Under the pieces are notes generated by a model. That model did not search any database, had not been told where the DNA came from, and saw nothing but the letters and a program-made list of their open reading frames with translations. From positions 1-31,611 of IMG/VR virus record IMGVR_UViG_3300031519_011018: 31,611 nucleotides of DNA; one strand, written 5' to 3'. Positions 10,102 to 17,847 of this stretch are shown in pieces. A program made the translations under genes and the position numbers. Within the stretch, counting starts at the first letter, position 1. The number at the start of each line of letters is the position of its first letter. Source of the stretch: a virus. Lineage: Duplodnaviria; Caudoviricetes.

Positions 10102-10456
10102 TTGTTGTTACCTCCACTACTTTCTTTACTACTTCAACTTTTTCGTCAACTGTCCGGTCATTTAATAATGGGAACACGCCATCGATAGCTGAAACTGCTT
10201 TTGGTAAACCGTAATCTGCACACTCTGTGCGGAGTTGGTGCCAAAGATCAATAATATGTAAGAATTGTTCCTCTTCTGTAACTACTGGCTCCACCACAAC
10301 TGGTTTGTTAGGATTAACAGGTGTAGGTGTAGGTGTAGGCTTTTTAATAAACGATAGTAGTCTTCCGACTACGCCTGTCACATCTCCGTATGATGACACT
10401 AAAATCAATACGCCAACGGCGATTGCTCCAATTCGTAACATTGTTTCTGTTTCCAT
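10094..10456 (-). CDS. Membrane protein with N-terminal TM helix and Pro/Thr linker
   Basis: IGAIAVGVLILV followed by KPTPTPTPVNPNKP. Confidence 0.7.
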   Translation of the reverse strand: METETMLRIGAIAVGVLILVSSYGDVTGVVGRLLSFIKKPTPTPTPVNPNKPVVVEPVVTEEEQFLHIIDLWHQLRTECADYGLPKAVSAIDGVFPLLNDRTVDEKVEVVKKVVEVTTND

Positions 10457-10815
10457 TACTTATCATTCCTTTCGTATAATAGTTCACCATCGACTATTAG
10501 TTCATTTGGTGTTGTTGATTGGCCTTTGCCGTGATACGGACAGGGTGTTGTGTGACCATCACCGTGAGTGATTATTCCAGTACCCTTGCATATACATTTT
10601 GAGACATCTGGATTTGGTCCATCTGGCACAATGACATCGGGGTTCTTTTTGAGTATCGCCATTTCAGAAAGATCGAAAGCTTCCGAAATAACAATTTGCA
10701 TTTGTTCTACGCTAGCACCGTGCATGTCCAAGACATCTGTTACGACAGGTTCTTGTTTAGCACATCCAGCAATAGAAACGCATAGCAAAGCTCCGAAAAC
10801 TACTAAGTTACGCAT
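10456..10815 (-). CDS. Lipoprotein with Cys/His motif
   Basis: Lipobox IAGC at residue 18; C-terminal CICKGTGIITHGDGHTTPCPYH. Confidence 0.75.
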   Translation of the reverse strand: MRNLVVFGALLCVSIAGCAKQEPVVTDVLDMHGASVEQMQIVISEAFDLSEMAILKKNPDVIVPDGPNPDVSKCICKGTGIITHGDGHTTPCPYHGKGQSTTPNELIVDGELLYERNDK

Positions 10816-10848
10816 ATTATTCTCCAGTTAATAAAGTTTTCCTATACT

Positions 10849-10854
10849 ATTATA
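10849..10854 (-). promoter_or_regulatory. -10 element (TATAAT) upstream of the lipoprotein gene
   Basis: GGATATAATAG in an intergenic gap; no good -35 seen. Confidence 0.45.
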
Positions 10855-10892
10855 TCCATATGTACGACAAAAGACATATAAAAATATTCTAT

Positions 10893-11006
10893 TTAAGTAA
10901 GTGAGTATGTAGTTACTCCAGTATTATCTATAACACGTTTTCTGGTATAGCCATCAGTGTCTGTGACTATTTCAGCCTTGAGTGTTGCCGGAGTTGGGTC
11001 AGGCAA
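10893..11006 (-). CDS. Possible 37-aa small protein (not in the ORF track)
   Basis: TTG start gives MPDPTPATLKAEIVTDTDGYTRKRVIDNTGVTTYSLT. It fills the gap between genes. The frame is open further upstream, so the start is uncertain. Confidence 0.45.
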   Translation of the reverse strand: MPDPTPATLKAEIVTDTDGYTRKRVIDNTGVTTYSLT

Positions 11007-11076
11007 TATCCATAAGTCTGCATCTTCTGGACTAACATTATAATTTATGTTTATTGATACGGATTAACTTATGATA

Positions 11077-11292
11077 TTATGGATTGCCACCGTCTACGCT
11101 TGGTCCATTAAATCGTGCTGTCAATCGAGCCTCTTGTGCAAAATAATCAACAGCTTTAACTCTATCAGTTAATGGCTCTGGATTGTATGTATGCACTGTA
11201 CCCGCACTGAAAACTACACAACTGCCTGAAATACCACTTTCAATATCGGCATTTGCATTAGTCATTACGTCTGTAGTAGATACTTTTGCCAT
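11077..11292 (-). CDS. Small virion-like protein
   Basis: AGGAG RBS; MA- start; Ser/Thr/Gly-rich; N-terminus resembles 11328..11525. Confidence 0.65.
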   Translation of the reverse strand: MAKVSTTDVMTNANADIESGISGSCVVFSAGTVHTYNPEPLTDRVKAVDYFAQEARLTARFNGPSVDGGNP

Positions 11293-11327
11293 GTTAAAAA
11301 TTCTCCTGTAAAAATTCTAGTAAAAAG

Positions 11328-11525
11328 TTATGAGTCTGTCCTATTCTGAAATCTTTTCCCGTATTTATCTTCAAGTTTAATATAATTTATAGATACTAAT
11401 GTTGTATCAATAGTTTGCGTGGATGAAAAATAGTTTCCTCCTGTAGCTACTGTCACGGCACCGCCACCTGAAGACTTTAGTGAGGCACTTGCACTGGTTA
11501 TAATATCCACTGTAGATGTAGCCAT
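11328..11525 (-). CDS. Small virion-like protein
   Basis: GGAGG RBS; N-terminus MATSTVDIITSASASLKSSGGG. Confidence 0.65.
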   Translation of the reverse strand: MATSTVDIITSASASLKSSGGGAVTVATGGNYFSSTQTIDTTLVSINYIKLEDKYGKRFQNRTDS

Positions 11526-11529
11526 GTAT

Positions 11530-12138
11530 TTATACCTCCCTCAGTAGTAGTGTATATAAAACGCTTATTAATCGCCATAAAGCAAAAATTGCTACGAACA
11601 CCATAGTGATGTTCATCTTGGTGTGCAACCTTCCCTCCGCTTCCTTGGCTCGTTTCTCCTCTAGCTTATCTACTGCCTGCATAGCAAACAGGTGATCTTC
11701 AATCTGCTGGACTACTTCTCTAATGTCGGAGTCTTCATGTTCATTAAGTAATCCATGCTGAAGCATACCCATGGGTTTTACTCTAATGATATACCCATTA
11801 ATTATTTCAAGATATCCATGAGACCTAGGATCAATTCTTAATTCATTCTGCTTTTTGTCTAGTTCTCTTTGGATGTAATTAGTAGTTAATACTGTATGAT
11901 GGGCATCCGTTTCTTGCTTTGGGCTATCAATAAACCTTTCATCTATTGCTGTTTTAATAAGGTCATCGATTCTAAGCTTAACTATGTCGCTGCTAACTTC
12001 CGTAGCAACAAACTCTTCCATCTGTTTCAATGGAACAGCTTCCGACTCTTCGGTAGCACGTCTATTAAGTTTAATTGACGCTACATCATAGACAGAATTA
12101 TTATTCATGTCCAATCCGTTATAAATTTTCTTTCTCAT
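11530..12138 (-). CDS. Protein with fibre/adhesin-like N-terminal motifs and C-terminal TM helix
   Basis: LDMNNNSVYDVA...EAVPLKQM and LDKKQNEL motifs; C-terminal ITMVFVAIFALWRLISVLYTLLL. Confidence 0.6.
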   Translation of the reverse strand: MRKKIYNGLDMNNNSVYDVASIKLNRRATEESEAVPLKQMEEFVATEVSSDIVKLRIDDLIKTAIDERFIDSPKQETDAHHTVLTTNYIQRELDKKQNELRIDPRSHGYLEIINGYIIRVKPMGMLQHGLLNEHEDSDIREVVQQIEDHLFAMQAVDKLEEKRAKEAEGRLHTKMNITMVFVAIFALWRLISVLYTLLLREV

Positions 12139-12160
12139 TGAACCCCTCCCAAGCAGTGAA

Positions 12161-13081
12161 TCAAAATACTTTATTCAAATTGAATTCAACTTTTCTAGAT
12201 GGAAATCCATCTACATCACTAAACGCCCAAGAACCATTTCCCGATAGCATTCCCCGTGCGTCTTTTTCTCTAATCCAGAATGATCCATCAGGTTGATCAA
12301 AACGTTTAGGCCCACTGTTAAATACGCCCCAAGAATTTTGAACTAAGAACAAAGTTTCATCGTAGACTTCACGTGAGTCGTCCATCGCCACCCATGCCAT
12401 TGCGTGATTCCAGCCCCCGCTACGACGGGCTATCCCATGTTTGTCTCGACGTGAGGAAAATCCATAACCGCTACAGACACTTAAAGCATACCCATTCGCA
12501 ATTGCGTCACGGGCTTCGTCTATCGTCTTGACCAGACTGATAGTAGTGACTTGATGCTTCTTGCCTTCGTTTTTTACGTCTGTGGGTACGCCACCTCGGC
12601 CCCATCGTGATCCAGTGGAACTGTTGTACTTGGTGAAATCAACAAACCCATAATCTTTTCTCAATAAGATGCCACCATTTTGATGGACAAATCGTGCTGC
12701 ACCAGAACAAGACATCCCTTGTCCGCCATGTCCACGTGATCCGTAGATAGCTTCTGTTGCACTTCTTGTCTGCCAGCTTTCTGCTTCGCCACCAATGATT
12801 TCATGCACTCTAGTAACATCAACAGCGTTACGTGTAGAATGCGAGACACAATCTCCCGTGGTTTGTTTTTCGTGATATCCAAATGTTGGATCAACTTTTT
12901 GTATACCTTTATAAAGTAATACTGTTTTACCTTCTCCAGTGCCGTAAAGATCGTATGCTGCTGCACCAAATAATGGATGTGGCAACTCTCCGAGCAACTT
13001 GTCTGTGTCCTCTGGATCACACCATGCTCCCATTAATCCGTCTTTGTAAGCGTTGAGAATATCCCTTGGCGTTGTGAACAT
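12161..13081 (-). CDS. Papain-like (clan CA, C1-like) cysteine peptidase
   Basis: QTTGDCVSH (oxyanion Q and catalytic C), NHAM (His), QNSWG (Asn), GSFW. No signal peptide. Confidence 0.88.
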   Translation of the reverse strand: MFTTPRDILNAYKDGLMGAWCDPEDTDKLLGELPHPLFGAAAYDLYGTGEGKTVLLYKGIQKVDPTFGYHEKQTTGDCVSHSTRNAVDVTRVHEIIGGEAESWQTRSATEAIYGSRGHGGQGMSCSGAARFVHQNGGILLRKDYGFVDFTKYNSSTGSRWGRGGVPTDVKNEGKKHQVTTISLVKTIDEARDAIANGYALSVCSGYGFSSRRDKHGIARRSGGWNHAMAWVAMDDSREVYDETLFLVQNSWGVFNSGPKRFDQPDGSFWIREKDARGMLSGNGSWAFSDVDGFPSRKVEFNLNKVF

Positions 13082-13183
13082 ATTAAACTCCTATTTCCTA
13101 TTATTAAATAATGTGCGGGTATGGATAGGGTTTTTGTATATACCAGACCCTAAACTGGTGGATTATCCTTACTCTTTTTTACT

Positions 13184-13420
13184 TTACTCTTCGACTTCGA
13201 TTACTTCAACTTTGTCTTTCTTGTTATCATTGATCCACTGGATGGCTGAATTCAAAGCCACTGTGACAATTGGAACAAGAAGTAGACCCATATTACCAAG
13301 ATCAAGACCGGCAAGGTTCTCACCGACGTAAGTAAGTGCTGCTGCACTACCTACTAACAGTGCGTTGAATGCTAAAGTCTTAACGTCGTCTTTGTCTAAA
13401 TTAAATCGTGCTGATGCCAT
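13184..13420 (-). CDS. Holin-like small membrane protein
   Basis: 78 aa, two hydrophobic segments and a charged C-terminal tail; lies directly upstream of the peptidase. Confidence 0.6.
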   Translation of the reverse strand: MASARFNLDKDDVKTLAFNALLVGSAAALTYVGENLAGLDLGNMGLLLVPIVTVALNSAIQWINDNKKDKVEVIEVEE

Positions 13421-13430
13421 TGTTAGTACC

Positions 13431-14039
13431 TCAATTTGTAGTTAGTAAAATGCTCATTAAAAATCCATCGTTCTGATCGTCGGATATTCTCAGGGGATGG
13501 CCCTGCATCCTGATTGGACGTCCATTGCTTAATCTCGTCTGTCTAACGAAAGTGCGATTCATGTCCAAACAAGACTTAAATTGATCTAGGGTTTCTTGCT
13601 GATCATTTTCTTTTAATAGAGAAATCCAGTCAAATCCTTTGATTAGACTAGTGTTCAGCGAATCTACTGTTTCTAAATCATAAAACATATTGTTACCCCA
13701 TATCAATTTACCACTTTTGTCAGTCTCAAACATAGCAATATCAGCATAATTCAATGCTGCTTTGCAACGTTCTTTGATGACTCGTTGACTAATTTGGACA
13801 TCGACAAGGTTTTGTCTTATTGTCTTGACGGTATCCTTAATAGTCCTACCTCCATGTGCTGTTATTTCGTCTTGTAATTCTTTAATTGCTTCCATTGCTG
13901 CTTCTTGACGTTTCAATAAATTAGTTAAAGGTTTTACAACTTTGATCCAAAACCATCCGGCCAAGGGAATTAATACTCCCGTTACTACTGTGCCAGTGAT
14001 AGTGATCAGTTCTTCTAAATATTTCAAATCAAAATTCAC
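13431..14039 (-). CDS. Membrane-anchored PAS-domain protein
   Basis: TM helix, then a coiled coil with ITAHGGRTIKDTV, then a PAS pattern: IAMFETDKSGKLIWGNNMF...GFDWISLL..NDQQET...F...RL. Start placed at GTG 14039 after AGGAGG. Confidence 0.8.
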   Translation of the reverse strand: MNFDLKYLEELITITGTVVTGVLIPLAGWFWIKVVKPLTNLLKRQEAAMEAIKELQDEITAHGGRTIKDTVKTIRQNLVDVQISQRVIKERCKAALNYADIAMFETDKSGKLIWGNNMFYDLETVDSLNTSLIKGFDWISLLKENDQQETLDQFKSCLDMNRTFVRQTRLSNGRPIRMQGHPLRISDDQNDGFLMSILLTTN

Positions 14040-14062
14040 TGATTTCCTCCTCACTGAATTGT

Positions 14063-14115
14063 AGGCTTAGGAGCCTGACGCCAAGCCCATCCACGAAGAG
14101 ATGAGCCTGACGCCA
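14063..14115 (-). promoter_or_regulatory. Tandem RNA hairpins / 13-bp direct repeat upstream of the PAS gene
   Basis: 15-bp stem (14100-14114 with 14077-14091, four G-U pairs) plus a 5-bp hairpin at 14063-14076. GAGCCTGACGCCA occurs at 14071 and 14103. Confidence 0.6.
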
Positions 14116-14137
14116 CGAATCCACTTGACACATACTG

Positions 14138-14632
14138 CTATTCTGCCGAGTCCTGAGCTTTATAGGCATTCGTTACTGGCTTTTTGCCACCAGCCATGAA
14201 TACCAATTCGCCGGGAACTGCACGCGAAGGAGTAGCCGCCTCGTCGTTACCAAAATCAACTAAGTTTCCAGCTGCATCTCTTGTGCTACTGAGTTCGTTG
14301 ATGCCGTCAAAGCTGTCGGAATTGTAGTTCCCACCTACAGATAACACTGATGACGATACGCCATTGATGTTCTCTGCGTTTGGTCCTGCCATTGCCAACA
14401 AGAAATCTGCACCTTTAGCGGGAGTGAATGCAAATGTGCCACTAGTATTAGCTTTTACTACTTTGGCTGCATCTTCAATCATTTTTGATCCCGTAACTGG
14501 ATTTCCCATGGCTACGTCAGCAACAGACAATGCTTTAGTAACGGGGCTGTCTGGGCCTTTACCGTTTGCTTTTATGAGCGATCCGCCATCGTTGACAACT
14601 GGGCTACCGCTTACTGGCTTAGAAACTGCCAT
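14138..14632 (-). CDS. Probable virion structural protein
   Basis: MA- start, Gly/Ala/Ser/Asn-rich, GAGGT RBS, own promoter and 3' hairpin. Confidence 0.6.
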   Translation of the reverse strand: MAVSKPVSGSPVVNDGGSLIKANGKGPDSPVTKALSVADVAMGNPVTGSKMIEDAAKVVKANTSGTFAFTPAKGADFLLAMAGPNAENINGVSSSVLSVGGNYNSDSFDGINELSSTRDAAGNLVDFGNDEAATPSRAVPGELVFMAGGKKPVTNAYKAQDSAE

Positions 14633-14705
14633 AATATATACCTCATTTTAAAAAACTTTATGTTAGACCTATATTGTCCTTGTAAAGTTCCTGTTGTCCT
14701 ACTCT

Positions 14706-14714
14706 ATTATACAC
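14706..14714 (-). promoter_or_regulatory. GTGTATAAT promoter motif lacking a -35
   Basis: Same 9-mer at 19898-19906 and 30938-30946; variant at 6668-6676. Confidence 0.55.
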
Positions 14715-14726
14715 GTAAAACAACCC

Positions 14727-14773
14727 TAAAAAAAACAAAAAACCCCCTCACTAAGCTAGTTGGTGAGAGGGTT
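14727..14773 (-). terminator. Rho-independent terminator after the sigma gene
   Basis: AACCCUCUCAC...GUGAGGGGGUU followed by a long U tract. Confidence 0.85.
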
Positions 14774-14797
14774 CTTCGCGTCGTTGGTAGACAGGAA

Positions 14798-15286
14798 TCA
14801 GAGATATCTACGTTCAATGACTCTAGACATCCTTTTAATTTTCTTCCGTACAGTCTCACGGCTGACTGAGCGAGAGGCAGATATCTCAGATATGGTGGCT
14901 CCTGCCGCACGTTCCCTGAGCATCTCTGGATCAGATGAATGATTTATCTCATCTTGTAGGTCTACCATCTCAAAATCGCCTCTGTCAGATTCTGCCAAAT
15001 TATTATGCATCATCTGTCGCGTATATCTGGTGTGCCGCTTTTGGAACTTGGAAGCCTTGACGCATTCGATAAATACGCCTTTAAACAAATACGTAGTAAA
15101 CTTGACGTTAAATTCTGGCTTAAAAGTCTCTAGCGAGTGCCACAATCCGTGCAGTTTACAGATTTCTAGGGAGTCTTCATCTAGAGTCTGGCGGAACTGA
15201 CGGGTGGCTTTTTGCATTACCATCTGGTAATCTCGGTTGCCTAGTGCTAATTCGATCTGGGTATTCATTGCTTTGCTGTTCATCAT
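14798..15286 (-). CDS. Phage-encoded short sigma70-family factor
   Basis: Region 2-like GLWHSLETFKPEFNVKFTTYL; region 4 HTH TISEISASRSVSRETVRKKIKR. Confidence 0.85.
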   Translation of the reverse strand: MMNSKAMNTQIELALGNRDYQMVMQKATRQFRQTLDEDSLEICKLHGLWHSLETFKPEFNVKFTTYLFKGVFIECVKASKFQKRHTRYTRQMMHNNLAESDRGDFEMVDLQDEINHSSDPEMLRERAAGATISEISASRSVSRETVRKKIKRMSRVIERRYL

Positions 15287-15288
15287 GC

Positions 15289-15729
15289 TTAATCTTCCTC
15301 TTCCTTATGTAATATAGTTTTTGAAATATGTTTACGTACACTCTTGAATTCAAACATTTTGCCTATACCGACGAAAAACCGATATCTGCTAATGATTTTT
15401 AGTACCTCAATTCCGGGGGTGGAATCGAGTGTTTCCATGATATCTGGAGTAATGTCGAAGTTACAGTGACCAATCCAGCAGTCGTAGTTCTCTAACATAG
15501 CCATATCTTGAATCATTTGATCTGATATTGGTAGGCTACTAACTGTTCCTAGCTGTTGCTCTGCGTCGTAACGCTCATCTTCTGACATGGTTCCATCATC
15601 ATCTATAAGTTCACGTGCTATCTTATTACTTAAATTATCCAGTAACGTATTAAGCATTGGTGAATTGATTTGTTTTTCTAGCAAATCTTGGTATGTTTGC
15701 CAGCCTATCTTGCGTTCTTCTACTATCAT
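15289..15729 (-). CDS. Hypothetical phage protein
   Basis: Start placed at ATG 15729 after AAGGAGG; globular-looking C-terminus (CWIGHCNFDIT...SRYRFFVGIGKMF). Confidence 0.7.
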   Translation of the reverse strand: MIVEERKIGWQTYQDLLEKQINSPMLNTLLDNLSNKIARELIDDDGTMSEDERYDAEQQLGTVSSLPISDQMIQDMAMLENYDCWIGHCNFDITPDIMETLDSTPGIEVLKIISRYRFFVGIGKMFEFKSVRKHISKTILHKEEED

Positions 15730-15752
15730 CTTGGACCTCCTTAGTCCATTCA

Positions 15753-16133
15753 TTATAGCATATCTGATGGTCGAATGCAAGGCTTTTGTGGTTTTTTATT
15801 TGCGATACAAATCTGCACATTCTTATCTAACGGCACTTGACCAGCAATTTTTTCGTATACTGAAACAAGTGCGTCTTCCTGCTCATCATTTATGAAGTGA
15901 TTTCCGATCATTTCCAGTGTTTTCATGTAACAATTATCTTTAGATAATATCTGTAATACTTTAGACAGACCGTCTATGGACTCTTTATTATAATCAAATA
16001 TTTCTACATCCACTTGTACTTTGCCATCTACTCCGACAAAATAAGTTATTCCTGCTACTTTTGATTCGTCGAAGTATTCAGTTGCTTCTTCTTGCTCTAC
16101 GCTGTCCGTGTTTTTTAAAAAGTTATTTAGCAT
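15753..16133 (-). CDS. Hypothetical phage protein
   Basis: Start placed at ATG 16133, overlapping the glycosyltransferase stop region. Confidence 0.65.
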   Translation of the reverse strand: MLNNFLKNTDSVEQEEATEYFDESKVAGITYFVGVDGKVQVDVEIFDYNKESIDGLSKVLQILSKDNCYMKTLEMIGNHFINDEQEDALVSVYEKIAGQVPLDKNVQICIANKKPQKPCIRPSDML

Positions 16134-17193
16134 GTCTAAGTATTTCCTTTGCTGTTCTATTCCACGTGAAGTTGTTGGCTGTCTCAATTCCCGCCACGTT
16201 GACTTTCGTCCTTCCCGATTGTTTGTCATTGTGAAATGACCTCATGCGAGATATTAAATTATATTGTGAGTCTGAATCAAAATGTGCCCACTCACCCTTT
16301 TTACCGTCAAACCATATTCCATCATAAGCTTTCTCTGTGTCGTTAATAGGTATAAGCATTGAATTTTCTTCATTGCAAAATTCTGTATGGGCAGAGTAGT
16401 CTGTAGTTATAACGTGTTTGCCGCAAGCCATAAGCTCTAAAAGTTCTAAGTTCCAGCCTTCTGCTCTAGATGGAAACACTCCACAGTCTACCTTACTCAT
16501 TATATTATACACTTCTTGGTGAGTTCCCACTCTGTCTATGAACCTGACTTTATGTCCTATTTCTAGATTCCTGTACAAGTTCTTCCATTCTTCTGTCTGC
16601 TCTTTACTTAAGAATGGATTATCACACATCAGCCATAACTCTACGTTATCTACGGTTCTAAATGCAGAGTCAAAAGCCTGAGCCAATATGTCATGACCCT
16701 TGCGTTTCTCCCACTTTCCGCAATTAAAAAATATAGTTGTGTTGTCTTTCGTTTTTGCGTTTTGCGACGGTCGAAACAAATTGGTATCAACTCCGAGTGG
16801 AACAACAGATACCCTGTCTTCTTCTAGTCCTAGCTCTTGATGAATGATGTGCTTCGCCCAGTGCGAACAGACGAATAGCTTGTCTGTACTTTTAAGATGG
16901 TGTGCTTCTAATTCGCTGAAAGCATCCAGTTCAAATATTGGAAAGCCTATTCTTGTGCCTTTACCGACAAACTGTGCCATATCATGCTGATGCCATATTC
17001 TCAAACATGGTGCGTTCACGTCAAACATTTGAGCCATCAACATCGCATGAGCCACTGTATCGTGGTCCTCTTGAGTAAATACTGAAGGCTTGCCCATAGG
17101 CCAATAAGCTACTTGTGGACTTAACTTTTTAAGAATATTTAATGTAGTATAACCATAGCCTAAATTATTAACTGGCCCTATAATATTAATCAT
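16123..17193 (-). CDS. Glycosyltransferase family 4 (GT-B)
   Basis: VPLGVD, GKWEKRKG, and FPSRAEGWNLELLELMACG (EX7E motif). Confidence 0.92.
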   Translation of the reverse strand: MINIIGPVNNLGYGYTTLNILKKLSPQVAYWPMGKPSVFTQEDHDTVAHAMLMAQMFDVNAPCLRIWHQHDMAQFVGKGTRIGFPIFELDAFSELEAHHLKSTDKLFVCSHWAKHIIHQELGLEEDRVSVVPLGVDTNLFRPSQNAKTKDNTTIFFNCGKWEKRKGHDILAQAFDSAFRTVDNVELWLMCDNPFLSKEQTEEWKNLYRNLEIGHKVRFIDRVGTHQEVYNIMSKVDCGVFPSRAEGWNLELLELMACGKHVITTDYSAHTEFCNEENSMLIPINDTEKAYDGIWFDGKKGEWAHFDSDSQYNLISRMRSFHNDKQSGRTKVNVAGIETANNFTWNRTAKEILRHAK

Positions 17194-17211
17194 GCATATT
17201 CCTATTGTGTT

Positions 17212-17763
17212 TTATCCTGTAATGCTATCTTCAAAAAAGAACCATCTTTTTAAGTCATACGGCCTGTGATCTTCATTAATCATCCGAAGATGTTCTAGGA
17301 CTTCATCCATATTAGAGAAAATATGTCTATGAGGCAGCATAAAAAATAGCCAGTTTGGTGCGTTTTCTTTGCCTTGAACACAGTTGACCAATACTGGTTT
17401 CTTTTGCCTGTTTGCTGTAACGATTTCTTCGTATGTTCCACAGGCATGAACGTCTGTATCAATCTGTGCGATTATAAAATCAGATATGTCCACGCATCTA
17501 AGGTCTGCGTTTCTAATTACTGCAAACTCTTTCTTGAGCCTGTCATACTGACCTGTTGCCTTGTACTCATGAATGACAGATAAAGTCTCATCTGTTTCTT
17601 TTACTGAATGTACGGGTTTCTGGCATGGGTTAATTACTTTGACGCCCATATCGTGCAGAGGTTTTGTGACACGGTGTCGCCACTGTGAGCCTCTGTCTGC
17701 TACGCGATCCATTGCACCCACAAGGTAGGTTCGCATTCCATTTAAATTGTTTTTTGTTTCCAT
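17212..17763 (-). CDS. Nucleoside 2-deoxyribosyltransferase-like protein
   Basis: YLVGAM, INP, DLRCVDISD, GTYEEI, KKPV. Confidence 0.75.
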   Translation of the reverse strand: METKNNLNGMRTYLVGAMDRVADRGSQWRHRVTKPLHDMGVKVINPCQKPVHSVKETDETLSVIHEYKATGQYDRLKKEFAVIRNADLRCVDISDFIIAQIDTDVHACGTYEEIVTANRQKKPVLVNCVQGKENAPNWLFFMLPHRHIFSNMDEVLEHLRMINEDHRPYDLKRWFFFEDSITG

Positions 17764-17778
17764 GATTATACTCCTTGC

Positions 17779-17820
17779 AAAATTAGGGGCAGTCTACCCA
17801 TCAACAAAGTAGACCGCCCC
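17779..17820 (-). terminator. Rho-independent terminator after ssb
   Basis: GGGGCGGUCUAC...GUAGACUGCCCC-UAAUUUU. Confidence 0.75.
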
Positions 17821-17847
17821 CGTTTCGCCTCAGAAAGGGTGTAGGAA

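Noticed and set aside
13115-13170. Imperfect inverted repeat between the holin-like gene and the protease
   Set aside because: The AT-rich stem is weak and mismatched with no clear U tract, so no function can be supported.
14071-14115. 13-bp direct repeat as a mini CRISPR array or att site
   Set aside because: Only two short copies, no cas or integrase gene nearby, and an RNA hairpin explains the sequence.
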